A stretch of DNA of 64,000 bases. Origin: an uncultured delta proteobacterium (GTDB taxonomy: Bacteria; Desulfobacterota; BSN033; UBA1163). This document shows positions 53,905-63,772 of the stretch, in pieces. The position numbers and the translations under genes were made by a program. Under the pieces are notes generated by a model that saw only the letters and a list, made by a program, of their open reading frames with translations, was not told the origin of the DNA and searched no databases. The first letter of the stretch is position 1. Every line of letters begins with the position of its first letter. The DNA is taken from contig CAVPSJ010000015.1 in assembly GCA_963708295.1 (NCBI GenBank), positions 32,001-96,000 on the forward strand, read 5' to 3'.

Positions 53905-55509
53905 TTACCTCTTTTTTGCTTCGATCGCTTTTTCTAAAATTTTGATTCCTTCTTGAGAGGCGTTGACGGACTGGGCCAGAGATTCCCTTGCCTGCTCGGG
54001 GTTGTGGAATCCGTCGCTGTTTTCGGCTGTCCACCATTCCCAGAGGATATGGGCCTTATCGTGGAACGGCCGCACCTGGCTCAAAACATCCTCCCCGACA
54101 CCGACGTCCTTCGCCAGGGTATACGTATCGATCAGTTGCCCCAGCCAGAATTCCGCCTTTCTCATTTTCCCGCGGATATAATTCTGGATGGCATCCACCT
54201 GATACTCGGCTTCTTCCTGGGACCAGTAAGGGTGGCAGTGGACACAGGTGTCTTTGAGCATGTACCTTGCGCTCCGCTGGCCATGGAAAGTAAAAACATT
54301 TCCCTTCTTATCTTTGATCCTTGGCATATGACAATCTCTGCATTCCACCCCTTTGCGTTCGTGCCTGCTTCCCCAAAAGGTTTCAACCTCCGGGTGTTGA
54401 AGTTTCGTCAGCGGGGCCCCGGTGACAGCGTGTCTAAAATCCTTGAAGCCTATGTCGGCATATCGCTTCTGAACGTCGAACACATTCACCCAGGGAAAAT
54501 AGTTGGCCCTCCGGTCGTCCATGGTGACGGATGCGCCGGTCTTCGGGTCGAACCCTGGGTTGCAATTGTATTCGACATGGCACTGGGCACAAAGAAGATT
54601 GGAGTCAGATTTGTTGAGGAGCCCAATTGCTCGAAAGGGTTTCCCATCCCGTTGGAATTCGATCTTCTTCATCGTCACACTTTTGCTTTTTTCTTTATCA
54701 TACGGATAGGTCCCGTTTCCCCGGTCCGCGACCGCGTCGATCAACGCATCGCGGACCACCCTTGCCTGGGCCGCATGAGGGTCGTGGCAATGAATACAAC
54801 CCATAGGATTCTGAATATACTTCTTCGCCATTTCCATGGCTGCCGGGTTCCCCCCTCTCTTCAAATCGGTGGCAGGATGGGAGTCACCCCGATAAGGCCA
54901 CTTCAAGATGGTGTCTGTCGTCTTGCAGGCGAAGCAGACCGTATTTGCCGCTTTGGCTGTCTGAGGTAATTCTTTTCCCGTATCCGCAACGATATCCCAT
55001 GCCTTTCCGGTCTTCGTGATATCCTTCCAGTTCTTCAACTGGAACCTTCCTCCATAGGCTCGGTCCACCAGGAGATGATCCGTGACCATAAAGACGTGGG
55101 ATCTGGGCTCATCGTGTTCCTTTGTAAAGCCGTGAGGCATCAAAAGCTTATCGGAGGTAGGAGATCGGCTTGTCGTGGTGGCTTTCTCAACTCTGGCTTT
55201 TGACTTCAGATTGACCGACATCAAGGTCTCATACTGGGAAGGATGGCATTTGCCGCAGAGACTGAGCTCCAGGTTCGTTCCCGGGGGTTTCTCGGGATCT
55301 TTCAGGTGCTCGGTGAGTTGGCCATGACACATGGAACAGGGTAGGGCGGTATGTTTATTTCCCACCTTGAGGGATTTGATCTCCTCGTGACACTCATAGC
55401 ATGCTGCCTCCTGCTTTGGGATGGTTTCCTTTGCAGAAGAGGCATAGGAGAAATAAAAAATCAGAGACAGAAAGCAAAGGGTTGAAATGAAGAAAAGTTT
55501 TCTTGGCAT
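53905..55509 (-). CDS. nrfA: octaheme cytochrome c nitrite reductase (ONR/TvNiR-like, NrfA family)
   Basis: Signal peptide; seven CxxCH plus the active-site CFACK; 'CAQCHVEY', 'KLQHPE.E', 'AENSDGFHNP'. Confidence 0.9.
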   Translation of the reverse strand: MPRKLFFISTLCFLSLIFYFSYASSAKETIPKQEAACYECHEEIKSLKVGNKHTALPCSMCHGQLTEHLKDPEKPPGTNLELSLCGKCHPSQYETLMSVNLKSKARVEKATTTSRSPTSDKLLMPHGFTKEHDEPRSHVFMVTDHLLVDRAYGGRFQLKNWKDITKTGKAWDIVADTGKELPQTAKAANTVCFACKTTDTILKWPYRGDSHPATDLKRGGNPAAMEMAKKYIQNPMGCIHCHDPHAAQARVVRDALIDAVADRGNGTYPYDKEKSKSVTMKKIEFQRDGKPFRAIGLLNKSDSNLLCAQCHVEYNCNPGFDPKTGASVTMDDRRANYFPWVNVFDVQKRYADIGFKDFRHAVTGAPLTKLQHPEVETFWGSRHERKGVECRDCHMPRIKDKKGNVFTFHGQRSARYMLKDTCVHCHPYWSQEEAEYQVDAIQNYIRGKMRKAEFWLGQLIDTYTLAKDVGVGEDVLSQVRPFHDKAHILWEWWTAENSDGFHNPEQARESLAQSVNASQEGIKILEKAIEAKKR

Positions 55510-55598
55510 AGAGAGACCTCCTTCGGAGCAGGGAGACTTTTCCCGTATTTGGATCTCACCGTTATTTTATTGCAGGGACGGCTTAAATCAAAGAAAAA

Positions 55599-55688
55599 TT
55601 ATTTGGTACCGGCGAGGAGCACGACGACGGTCCATCCAAAAAGGATGACCAGGAAGATGATGAATTGTTTGACCAGCTTTGGGTCCAT
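55599..55688 (-). CDS. 29-aa single-TM protein MDPKLVKQFIIFLVILFGWTVVVLLAGTK
   Basis: Translated by hand; RBS aaggaggga; co-oriented upstream of the nitrite reductase. Confidence 0.6.
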   Translation of the reverse strand: MDPKLVKQFIIFLVILFGWTVVVLLAGTK

Positions 55689-55881
55689 GAATCCCTCCTT
55701 ATTACTCAGAGGCTGAAGACATTTTGTATTTAACTTCGGTCGTGTTATATATCAAAAGTAAGCTTTTGGCCCCGGCGGCACAAGATCGCGGCCGACGCAG
55801 CATCAGGTTTGGCGGAGATGCTACCCGCGGGGGTAGGGCGGAGTGCCAGGGGCTTTGCCCGTCATCCCACCAGAAACCATT

Positions 55882-56868
55882 ATGAAAAAAATTGAAAGTT
55901 ATTTCAAGAGGCAAGAATGGGCGAACCCCTTTAGAAATTCCTGCGGGACATCGAACCCCGTCAGATTTATTCTTGGACCCAACCCCGCCGCAGGGCAACG
56001 GAGCATCATTTCTAACGGGGCGAAAGCCCTGCTCTGGGTCGGGATACTTCTTCTCGCCTCCTTCCCTTCTTTTGCAGGATCGATCAGAGACGTCAGCCAG
56101 AATGTGGAGAGGGTCAAGTCGATCGAACCTCCCTTCCGCTTTACCCTCATCGGAGACAGCAGGGACGGAGAAAAGGTTTATGTTCGGTTGCTGGGGAGTG
56201 CCCTTGAACGAAACCCTCATTTCCTCATCCACTTAGGAGACATGATTTCCCATCCCGAAGAGAAAGAATGGCAGAATTTTATTGAGATTTCGAAGCCCAT
56301 CCATGTTCCTTTCTTTCCCGTGGTAGGAAATCATGAGGTATTCCCTGGCGGCCGAGGAGAAAAGCTTTACCGCGAGCAATTCCATCTTCCTGATGGAAAA
56401 ACCTATTATGCCTTTCGAGCGGGGGGAGTCCTTTTTGTTATCCTGGATTCGGAAATAGGGAGGGGAAGGATCATCCATGAACAGTTATCATGGTTGGAGG
56501 ATATTTTGTCATCTTCCAAAGAGAGATTCAAGCTGGCATTTATTCATCGTCCCCTTTTTCTTCCGATCGATAGTTTGAAAAAAGGGAGGGGCATGGATCG
56601 GCATCCCCTCGATCGAGATGTTCTCCACCGGCTCTTTGTGCAGACAGGAGTGACTGCTGTCTTCGAAGGCGATGATCATCGGTACAACCGAATGGAGAAA
56701 GATCGTATTCTCTACCTTATCACCGGAGGCGGGGGGGCCCCGCTCACGTCCTTCAAAGTAAGAGGGCGTTTTTTTCATTTTGTCTGTGTTTCTGTTCAGC
56801 AGGAGAGGATCGAAGGGGAAGTGGTGGATCTGGAAGGCCGGGTTCGAGACCGATTCACGATCGAATAG
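55882..56868 (+). CDS. calcineurin-like metallophosphoesterase
   Basis: GDSR, HLGDM, VGNHE, IHRP and 'GDDH.Y.R' (GHxH variant), 'TGGGGA'; start uncertain. Confidence 0.85.
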   Translation: MKKIESYFKRQEWANPFRNSCGTSNPVRFILGPNPAAGQRSIISNGAKALLWVGILLLASFPSFAGSIRDVSQNVERVKSIEPPFRFTLIGDSRDGEKVYVRLLGSALERNPHFLIHLGDMISHPEEKEWQNFIEISKPIHVPFFPVVGNHEVFPGGRGEKLYREQFHLPDGKTYYAFRAGGVLFVILDSEIGRGRIIHEQLSWLEDILSSSKERFKLAFIHRPLFLPIDSLKKGRGMDRHPLDRDVLHRLFVQTGVTAVFEGDDHRYNRMEKDRILYLITGGGGAPLTSFKVRGRFFHFVCVSVQQERIEGEVVDLEGRVRDRFTIE

Positions 56869-56884
56869 GGCCGGCAGGGCGAAA

Positions 56885-57000
56885 CAATGTCAAATGTCAA
56901 TGTCCGAAGATCAAGGGAAATCCAAGATCTAAATGTCCAAGTATATTTCTTGGCATTTAGTCATTTGTCCTGAAATTGACATTCTGGCTTTGGCATTTGC
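56885..57000. repeat. degenerate heptamer-like (aatgtca) tandem repeats forming an inverted pair
   Basis: aatgtcaaatgtcaatgtcc on the left and ttggcatt/ttgacatt on the right. Confidence 0.5.
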
Positions 57001-57098
57001 ACTGGCTTGGATCAATCCTTCTGGGGGATAGGTTCTGATAGGTTCGATAACGGGATCTGGAATATCTGATATCGAATCAATGAGAAAGGAGTAAGGAG

Positions 57099-57398
57099 AT
57101 GAGGATGGGGTTGGCTCTGGTTGCAGTGGGGGTGTTGATCCTCCTGGACCGAATGGGTGCGGGATACGGGATCAGGGAAGGGTGGCCATGGATTGTCGTC
57201 GCCCTTGGGATAGGCGGTATTTTCAGCGATCGAAAAAGTCCGGCTGCCTGGGTGACGATGATCGTCGGAATCCTCATCCTTGGAGCAAAATATTACTCTC
57301 TCCACTTTTCGATCCCCGGGGTCATCCGGACTTATTTCCTGCCCATCCTGCTCATCGTGATCGGGCTCCTCTGGCTGTGGAAATATCAAAAGGATTGA
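57099..57398 (+). CDS. small membrane protein (LiaF-TM/DUF5668-like)
   Basis: 'GL.LV.VG.L.LL', 'WP.I..ALG', 'P.LLI.IGL'. Confidence 0.7.
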   Translation: MRMGLALVAVGVLILLDRMGAGYGIREGWPWIVVALGIGGIFSDRKSPAAWVTMIVGILILGAKYYSLHFSIPGVIRTYFLPILLIVIGLLWLWKYQKD

Positions 57399-57490
57399 TT
57401 CCAAATTCGGAACTCGGATTTCGGAATCTCAATCGAAAATATTACCAAGAGCATGAAGTAGTTTACATTTTATACATCTTAAAATTGGCT

Positions 57491-57712
57491 TTTCACCGCC
57501 CATTCGCCCTGGAAGAGCAGGGCTCATTAGAGACGCGGAGGGCGCAGAGGAAGATAATCTTAGGGAGAATCGGGAGATACCGATTCTCCCTAAGGCCTCT
57601 GGCTTTTGGCCAAAAAATTACACAAAAGATACGTGATCTTTTTATTTGTCGGTATCTCCCGACAAACAAAAAACTCTCTTATCTCAGCGTTCTCTGAGCC
57701 TCTGCGGTGAAA
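57491..57712. repeat. nested palindromic intergenic element
   Basis: Terminal tttcaccgc...gcggtgaaa with internal hairpins (cttagggagaatcgg..ccgattctccctaag; tttgtcgg..ccgacaaa). Confidence 0.6.
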
Positions 57713-57723
57713 TCTATAGTATT

Positions 57724-58077
57724 TCAGATCTTTCTCGCGGGGATAAGTCCAGCGACGACCAACACGGTCATCACTTCCTTCCCCCTATTGGTCAGCTCGT
57801 GAAATTGACCGATGGGGATATGAACCGCATCTCCGGGTTTCACTTCGCAGATTTCCTCACCGACCTGCATGCGGCCTTGACCGGTATGAATATAGTAGAT
57901 CTCCTCCATGGGGTCCACATGGCCGATGAGTGTTTCGCCGGGTGGGACATAGGCGTGGGCAAGAAACATCAGGGTCTGAAGATGCCGCGTGTCGAGAATC
58001 ATGTGTGCGATGCCGCCTCCATGAGCCTGGTAGCGGGTCGCTTTCACCTCAGGGTGTTCTAAGTTGCGTCGTATCAT
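57724..58077 (-). CDS. cupin domain protein
   Basis: 'PGE...H...EEIYYI..G.G.M', 'V.PGDAV.IP...H.L.N'. Confidence 0.88.
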   Translation of the reverse strand: MIRRNLEHPEVKATRYQAHGGGIAHMILDTRHLQTLMFLAHAYVPPGETLIGHVDPMEEIYYIHTGQGRMQVGEEICEVKPGDAVHIPIGQFHELTNRGKEVMTVLVVAGLIPARKI

Positions 58078-58119
58078 CGGTTGTCCTTTCTTACACTCGT
58101 CTTTTCATTCACGATATTT

Positions 58120-58321
58120 TAACAGGTTGGTGAAAAATAGCCATCAGCGCAGTAGGGACGCATATATGCGTCCCCTACAATGGATTTTTTGGGCCCCCGT
58201 AAACGGGATTTCGCAAGCTCCACTTGCATCTGCCTGCCTGCGCGAAGTCCCGCCTTGCGGGACGAAGGCAGGGCCCTTTTTGAGCAACCTGGGAAAGATG
58301 ACTTCTTCAGCAGCCTTGCTA
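58120..58321. repeat. MITE-like element with imperfect terminal inverted repeats
   Basis: taacaggttggtgaaaaa ... ttcttcagcagccttgcta; related sequence at 59151-59450 and 40335-40355. Confidence 0.55.
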
Positions 58322-58432
58322 ATTAATAGAAGAGTGGAAATCAAAACAAAATGACTCAACCCAGAAAGGGGACTTGAACACAGGAACCCATTGGGTTATG
58401 AAGAGGCCTAAAACATTCTGGGGGAGCGACCT

Positions 58433-59215
58433 ATGCCGGAAGTAACCGAAGGGGTCTATCACATTCCAGGACAGGATGAATTCATGCCGGATTCCCACGC
58501 GTATGTTTTGGGTAAACCTTCCTCTCAAAACCTCTCCCTTGTCGATGCCGGCTTGACGGGGAAGGGGAGTTACAAGATCAAGGCTGTCCAAAAAGCAGGG
58601 ATTGAATTGTCATCGATCAAAAGGGTGATCATGACTCACACGCATCTGGATCACATCGGGTGCTTCGCCGAGATCCTGAAGCAGCTTCCCTGGGCGGAAC
58701 TGTGGGTGCACGGGTCAGAAGCCGATCTCCTGGAGAAGGGAGATGAGAGGGCTGTTTACGGGATGGACATGTTTCGAGAGTATTGCCAGGGACAGCTTCA
58801 CCTCAAGCCGGGTGCCTTCAAGTGTCAGGTGAATCGGAAACTGCAAGGGGGCGAGACCCTGGATATTGGCGACATGACCTGGGAGGTCATCCACATCCCG
58901 GGCCACTCCATGGGCAGCATTGGCCTTTATCATCGCCCCATGAAAGTCCTGATTCCGGGGGATGTCGTCTATGCCGATTATGCGATTGGTCGTTTTGACC
59001 TCTTCGGGGCTGACCCGGGCAGGCTCAAAGAATCTCTGATGGGTTTGGCTAATTTAGAAGTGGACATTCTTCTCCCCGGTCACAACCAGATTGTCAAAGG
59101 CCTTCCGAAGGGCTATATCCTCAAGACGGCCAAACAGTGGGAATCCTATCTGACAGGCGCTGAAAAACGCCCATCTGTCCCGCGCTTCGCGATTACCTCA
59201 TTCTCGCCCTGTTAG
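58433..59215 (+). CDS. MBL-fold metallo-hydrolase
   Basis: THTHLDHIG, HIPGHS, GD and LPGH motifs. Confidence 0.92.
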   Translation: MPEVTEGVYHIPGQDEFMPDSHAYVLGKPSSQNLSLVDAGLTGKGSYKIKAVQKAGIELSSIKRVIMTHTHLDHIGCFAEILKQLPWAELWVHGSEADLLEKGDERAVYGMDMFREYCQGQLHLKPGAFKCQVNRKLQGGETLDIGDMTWEVIHIPGHSMGSIGLYHRPMKVLIPGDVVYADYAIGRFDLFGADPGRLKESLMGLANLEVDILLPGHNQIVKGLPKGYILKTAKQWESYLTGAEKRPSVPRFAITSFSPC

Positions 59216-59474
59216 ATGAGGAAGGCTACCTCTTAGAAGGAGGTACACTGGTTCTGGGCTAGAAGACGAGAAATGAAGCTGGGTATCTACAGGGCAAGTC
59301 ATTGCGGCGAATCCAAGAGCCTCCCGAACCAACCGGGGGCAAGAAGTCACTCCTTATCAGCATCGGGACAGCCAAAGGCAGGTGAAAGGCCGGACCTTGC
59401 CTCTGAGCATTCTTGAGCAGCCTCAGGAATAATCGCTTTTTCACTGCAATGAGGTTCTTTCGGGAACATGAATC

Positions 59475-60539
59475 TTATGATCTCTTCTCGCCGAATAAAC
59501 TCCTCAAACGCATCAAAAGACTCATGTCCCCCGTCGCTGTGTATTTGCCCTCCATAAAAGCCTGCTGTCCGTCCATCTCTTTATTCGCGATGGCGATCCA
59601 GACTTCCGAGGGGGTTTTAATGGTAAGGTCCGGAGAATTCGCTTTCCCTTCGTGATAGGTGCATTTTCCGGTATCGATAGAGAGAAGCCAGTCGCCGGTT
59701 TGTCTTCCGGTCACCTCAAATTGGATGGTTGCCTTGAGATCCCCGGCGGCTTGAGAATTGAAAGAGGCCGCCATTCCTCTGAGCAGAAGTCTCATATCTT
59801 CGATCTTCCCTTGCACAGGCTTTCCCTGGGTGATTCCTTCGAGGTGGCTATCCCACCAGAGATTGGCCATTTCGGCCAACGCATCGGGCGGGACAAGAGG
59901 TTTCTGGATTTGAGCCTCGGTTTCTTTCGAAACCCTTCCGTCCGGATCACCTCAACCCCTGCTCGATAGGCTGCCTGGAGAACACCTTGAACACTCTCCT
60001 GCATTCCCTTTTGTTTCAAAAGCTCCCCTCCGGGCATCAACAGTTCTCCGATGATAGGTGCGCCCCCATTCCGCTCCATATGGCGGAAGACTGTGCCTAA
60101 GCCCGTCGAAATGAGAAACCTCGGGAAAACCGCAGGTTGAAAGAAGGACCATCTTCCGGTTCGCGGCATATCTCTGGGGATGTCGATAAGTTTCACCCGC
60201 TTTGGTCAGATGAGGGTCAAGAAGAGGGAGAAGCCTTTCCTGAAAGGCTTTTAGGAGAGCGGTCATATTATAGTTGTACAGAGGGGTTGCATAGACAAGG
60301 ATGTCGCACGCCTTAACCTTCTCCAAGAGGTCCGGCATATCATCCTTGAATACACAGACTCCCGGGGTCTTTGCCCAGCAGGTGTAACATCCCACGCAGG
60401 AATGAATCTCCTTTTCTTTCAGGTAGATCGTTTCGGTTTCAGCCCCCTGACTCCGTGCTCCCTTCAGAAATTCCTGAAGAAGAATCTCCGTATTACTGTT
60501 TTTGGGCCGCGGGCTTCCCTGGATGGCCAATATCTTCAT
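59475..60539 (-). CDS. flavodoxin-like NAD(P)H-dependent FMN reductase (Fe-S flavoprotein type) fused to a C-terminal SCP2 domain (frameshifts near 60095 and 59935)
   Basis: 'MKILAIQGSPR', 'CVGCYTCW..TPG.C..KDDM', 'ATPLY', then 'F....AGDLKATIQF...G' and 'AFMEGK....GDM.LL' SCP2. Confidence 0.8.
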
Positions 60540-60559
60540 TTTTTTCTCTCCTTTCTGGG

Positions 60560-61517
60560 TCAAGTCTTCCTCCTCGCTCTTTCAGGAGGACGAAAAAGAT
60601 CTCCCATTTTCACTAGTAAATTCATATCTCCCTTAACTTCATAAAGCCCATCCATCAGAGCCTGTGCCCGATTGATCTCCTGGCGGGCGATCTTCATCCA
60701 GACATCGGCCGGAGAGCGGATCGTCAGGCGTAGGAGAGGGAGCATCTCCTTCGCGGAATGAGCACTTTCCCTGTGAAATGGATAGCACCCCTTTTACTCC
60801 TCCCTCCCCGAAAAGGTCAAACTGGATCTCCGCCTTGAGATCTCCGGCAGCTTCGGGACGAAAGCCCATGGGCATCCGCGAGATGAGTTCTTTGGCGGTG
60901 TCCGGAAGAAGGGATGGATCAATGGGTTGAGAGGAGAACTGCCGCTTCAGATAATATTTCGGATAGATCTTAACCACAGGAAGACCCACCCCCAAAATAA
61001 TGATCAATGGAATCAGGATGGAGAAAAGAGGCTTTCCATGCCCGAGCCCGCTTGAAAGGAAATTGACGAAGAAGAGGATACTCCAAAAATAGGTGAGATG
61101 AAGGTTGATCGTTCGAAAATGAGGAGTATTCCAAACCCTTTCCGGCGTCATTTGCTTGGCGATGGCGTAGGTGAAAGGATCGTAGCCGAATAATTGAGGG
61201 ACGAATGTTGTCAAGAAAAGAGCGAAGTAGAGAAGTGTCGTAGAATGGTCGACAAATAAGGAAGAGATAGGACCAGGCGTTGAATAGATCCATACCGTCC
61301 CAAATCCAAGGAACCCGAGAAAGGTTCTTTCTAAGTAACTGGTATGCTTGATCACCTTTTTTGAGAGGATGAATTGAGTCCCCGCAAGGATGAGACCGAT
61401 CACGGTAGCCACTTTCGCCTGTGCCAAAGTGGCGTCGCCGACCCGGGCCACGACCTTGAAAGCAAGGACCGGGACAAAGGAGGTGATAAAGAGGATAGTC
61501 TTTATTTTCAGCTTCAT
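60560..61517 (-). CDS. membrane protein with C-terminal SCP2 domain (frameshift near 60730)
   Basis: About six TM segments with 'PFTY..AK......W..P.F..IN..LT..W', then SCP2 'MP.GF.PEAAGDL.A.IQF' and 'ALM.G.Y.V.GD..LL'. Confidence 0.75.
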
Positions 61518-61547
61518 ACGTGTGGCCTCCCTGGTTTTTCAAATCAA

Positions 61548-61678
61548 CCTTTTGACCTTCGTCGGTCTAGAGCCGGGTGTTTCCTTAGCCTGCCTGCCGG
61601 TAGACAGGGGGTGATGCCGAGCGGCCCTTTTCACCTCGTTTTGAAGGCGGGTTAGGCGCCAACGAAGGTTCAAAAGGG
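61548..61678. repeat. inverted-repeat-bounded intergenic element
   Basis: ccttttgaccttcgtcgg ... ccaacgaaggttcaaaagg imperfect terminal inverted repeat. Confidence 0.5.
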
Positions 61679-61705
61679 TCACTTCTTTCTGGTGACTTGA
61701 TTCCG

Positions 61706-63082
61706 TTACCGCAGAAGAAATCTCATGATCCTCTTAATCTTTTTCAATTCCGTTTGATAGGGTGGATATTTCATTCTTGCATCGAATGAGAAGCTCCTTC
61801 TCAGGACGCTCTTGTAGTGGGTAAAGGAGTCAAAGCCCGCTTTTCCATGATAACTTCCAAAACCGCTATCCCCGACTCCCCCGAATGGCAAGTCGCTCCC
61901 AACGATGTGGCTCACGGTGTCGTTAATACATACTCCTCCGGAGGAAGTTTTTCTTAAAATGGCCTCCTGGATACTTTGATTATCCGTAAACAAATAAAGC
62001 GCGAGGGGTTTAGGTTTGGAGTTAATCCGACCGATCACGTCTTCCATGGTCTCAAATTCAAGGATGGGTAAGATCGGGCCAAATATTTCATCCTCCATCA
62101 CCGGAGCGGCCGGTTTGACGTTTGAGAGCAGCGTCGGGGAGATAAACAGATCTTTCTTATCGTGCTCTCCCCCGAAGAGCACCGTCCCATCTTCCAAGTA
62201 TTTCGTCAGTCTTTCAAAATGGTTTCCATTGATAATCCGCGCATAATCCTTGCTTTGTTGCGGTGACGGGCCGTAGAACTTACGGATGCCACTGACCAAG
62301 GCTTCTACGAATCTCTTACTGATATCGCGATGAACCAAGAGATAATCCGGAGCTACACAGGTCTGTCCTGCATTCATGAATTTCCCCCACAGGATCCTTC
62401 TGGAGGCCACCTCGATATTTGCATCTTTCCATACGACGCAGGGGCTTTTCCCGCCGAGCTCTAAGGTGACAGGGGTTAAATGCTGGGACGCTGCACGCAT
62501 CACCATTTTCCCGACGTTTGTGCTACCGGTAAAAAAGATGTGGTCAAATTTTTCTTCCAGCAAGGCCCGAGAGGCCTCAACCCCTCCCTCCACCACCGTG
62601 AGGTAGTCTGGGTTAAAGGTGTCACGGATGATATCCACCAGGACTGCGGATGTGTGCGGGGCGTATTCCGATGGCTTGAGAACGGCGCAGTTCCCAGCAG
62701 CGATGGCTCCGATCAAAGGCACAAGGGTCAATTGAAATGGGTAATTCCAGGGAGAAAGAATCAATACCACTCCTGCCGGCTCGGAATAGACCAGGCTTTT
62801 GGCGGGAAAGTGGATGAGGGGCGTTCTCACTCTCTTCGGTCTCACCCATTGCCTAATTCTTTTTAGGGCATAGTCGATGTCCGCTACGGTCATGAGGACT
62901 TCCGAATTGTACGCCTCGATCTCTGATTTTCTGAGGTCTTTGTACAACGCCTCAAGGACTGACTTTTCATTACGCTCGATGCTGTCTTTTAGTTTTTTGA
63001 GCTGGCCAATTCTAAATTCTAGAGGCACCGTTTTGCCGCTATTAAAAAAGTCCCGCTGTCTTTGAATAAGAGCTCCAAACAT
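61706..63082 (-). CDS. aldehyde dehydrogenase (ALDH3/YwdH-like)
   Basis: 'PWNYP', 'KPSE', 'FFTGS', 'LELGGKSP', 'NAGQTCVAPDY', 'EIFGP', 'PFGGVG.SG.G.YHG'. Confidence 0.95.
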   Translation of the reverse strand: MFGALIQRQRDFFNSGKTVPLEFRIGQLKKLKDSIERNEKSVLEALYKDLRKSEIEAYNSEVLMTVADIDYALKRIRQWVRPKRVRTPLIHFPAKSLVYSEPAGVVLILSPWNYPFQLTLVPLIGAIAAGNCAVLKPSEYAPHTSAVLVDIIRDTFNPDYLTVVEGGVEASRALLEEKFDHIFFTGSTNVGKMVMRAASQHLTPVTLELGGKSPCVVWKDANIEVASRRILWGKFMNAGQTCVAPDYLLVHRDISKRFVEALVSGIRKFYGPSPQQSKDYARIINGNHFERLTKYLEDGTVLFGGEHDKKDLFISPTLLSNVKPAAPVMEDEIFGPILPILEFETMEDVIGRINSKPKPLALYLFTDNQSIQEAILRKTSSGGVCINDTVSHIVGSDLPFGGVGDSGFGSYHGKAGFDSFTHYKSVLRRSFSFDARMKYPPYQTELKKIKRIMRFLLR

Positions 63083-63139
63083 CCTTCCCTCCGTTCTTAC
63101 GGGTTTATTTTCTTTATAAACATTTTTGACAGATCCAGA

Positions 63140-63724
63140 TTACACTCCCCTGCTACTTTTTTTCCCCAGGATCAGAAGCTTTCCCGTTTCTTTGATGGTT
63201 TCCATGATATCATGGTCGTCATCCGCAAATGCATTGTTATTCACTAAGAAGGCAAGGCCATGGGCAAAAATCCACATCTTCATCAGCACATCTCTTAATG
63301 TCTGCTCATCCAGGCCTTCAAGAATCGGATCGGCTTTCATATTTCGAGTGAGATTTCTTAAAGCAGCTTCTCTGATCCTTTTCTCAATCTCTTGGTATCG
63401 ATCTTTCCCTTCCTTCCTTTGATGGAGGAAACGAAAAAGGTTTTTCTCTTCCTTAGCGAACAAGATATACCCAACGCCCATGTCAAGAAATACCTGTCCG
63501 GTTCTTGGAGTCGTTTGATAGGCAATGAGCAGGTCAACCGCCTTCTTCCTCAATTCCTCATACAGGCTATTCATTGATTTAAGGTAAGAATAGATGGGCA
63601 TGGTGGAGCAACTCAATTCTTTGGCGAGGGAGCGCGCCGTAAGATTATCCCATCCCTTTGTCCGAACGATCTCAAAAGCCGCATCGATAAAGGCATCTTT
63701 AGTAAACGAGCTTTTCAAAGGCAT
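63140..63724 (-). CDS. TetR/AcrR family transcriptional regulator
   Basis: N-terminal HTH 'IDAAFEIV...G...LTAR.LA..L.CST.PIY.Y'; C-terminal 'WIFAHG' (WHG-like). Confidence 0.92.
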   Translation of the reverse strand: MPLKSSFTKDAFIDAAFEIVRTKGWDNLTARSLAKELSCSTMPIYSYLKSMNSLYEELRKKAVDLLIAYQTTPRTGQVFLDMGVGYILFAKEEKNLFRFLHQRKEGKDRYQEIEKRIREAALRNLTRNMKADPILEGLDEQTLRDVLMKMWIFAHGLAFLVNNNAFADDDHDIMETIKETGKLLILGKKSSRGV

Positions 63725-63744
63725 TTACCCATTCCCTTCATCTA

Positions 63745-63772
63745 ATAACAAGTGTTATATAACATCTGTTAT
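63745..63772. promoter_or_regulatory. tandem palindromic operator, putative TetR site
   Basis: ATAACA-AG-TGTTAT immediately followed by ATAACA-TC-TGTTAT; a minus-strand TTGACA lies at 63779-63784. Confidence 0.7.
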
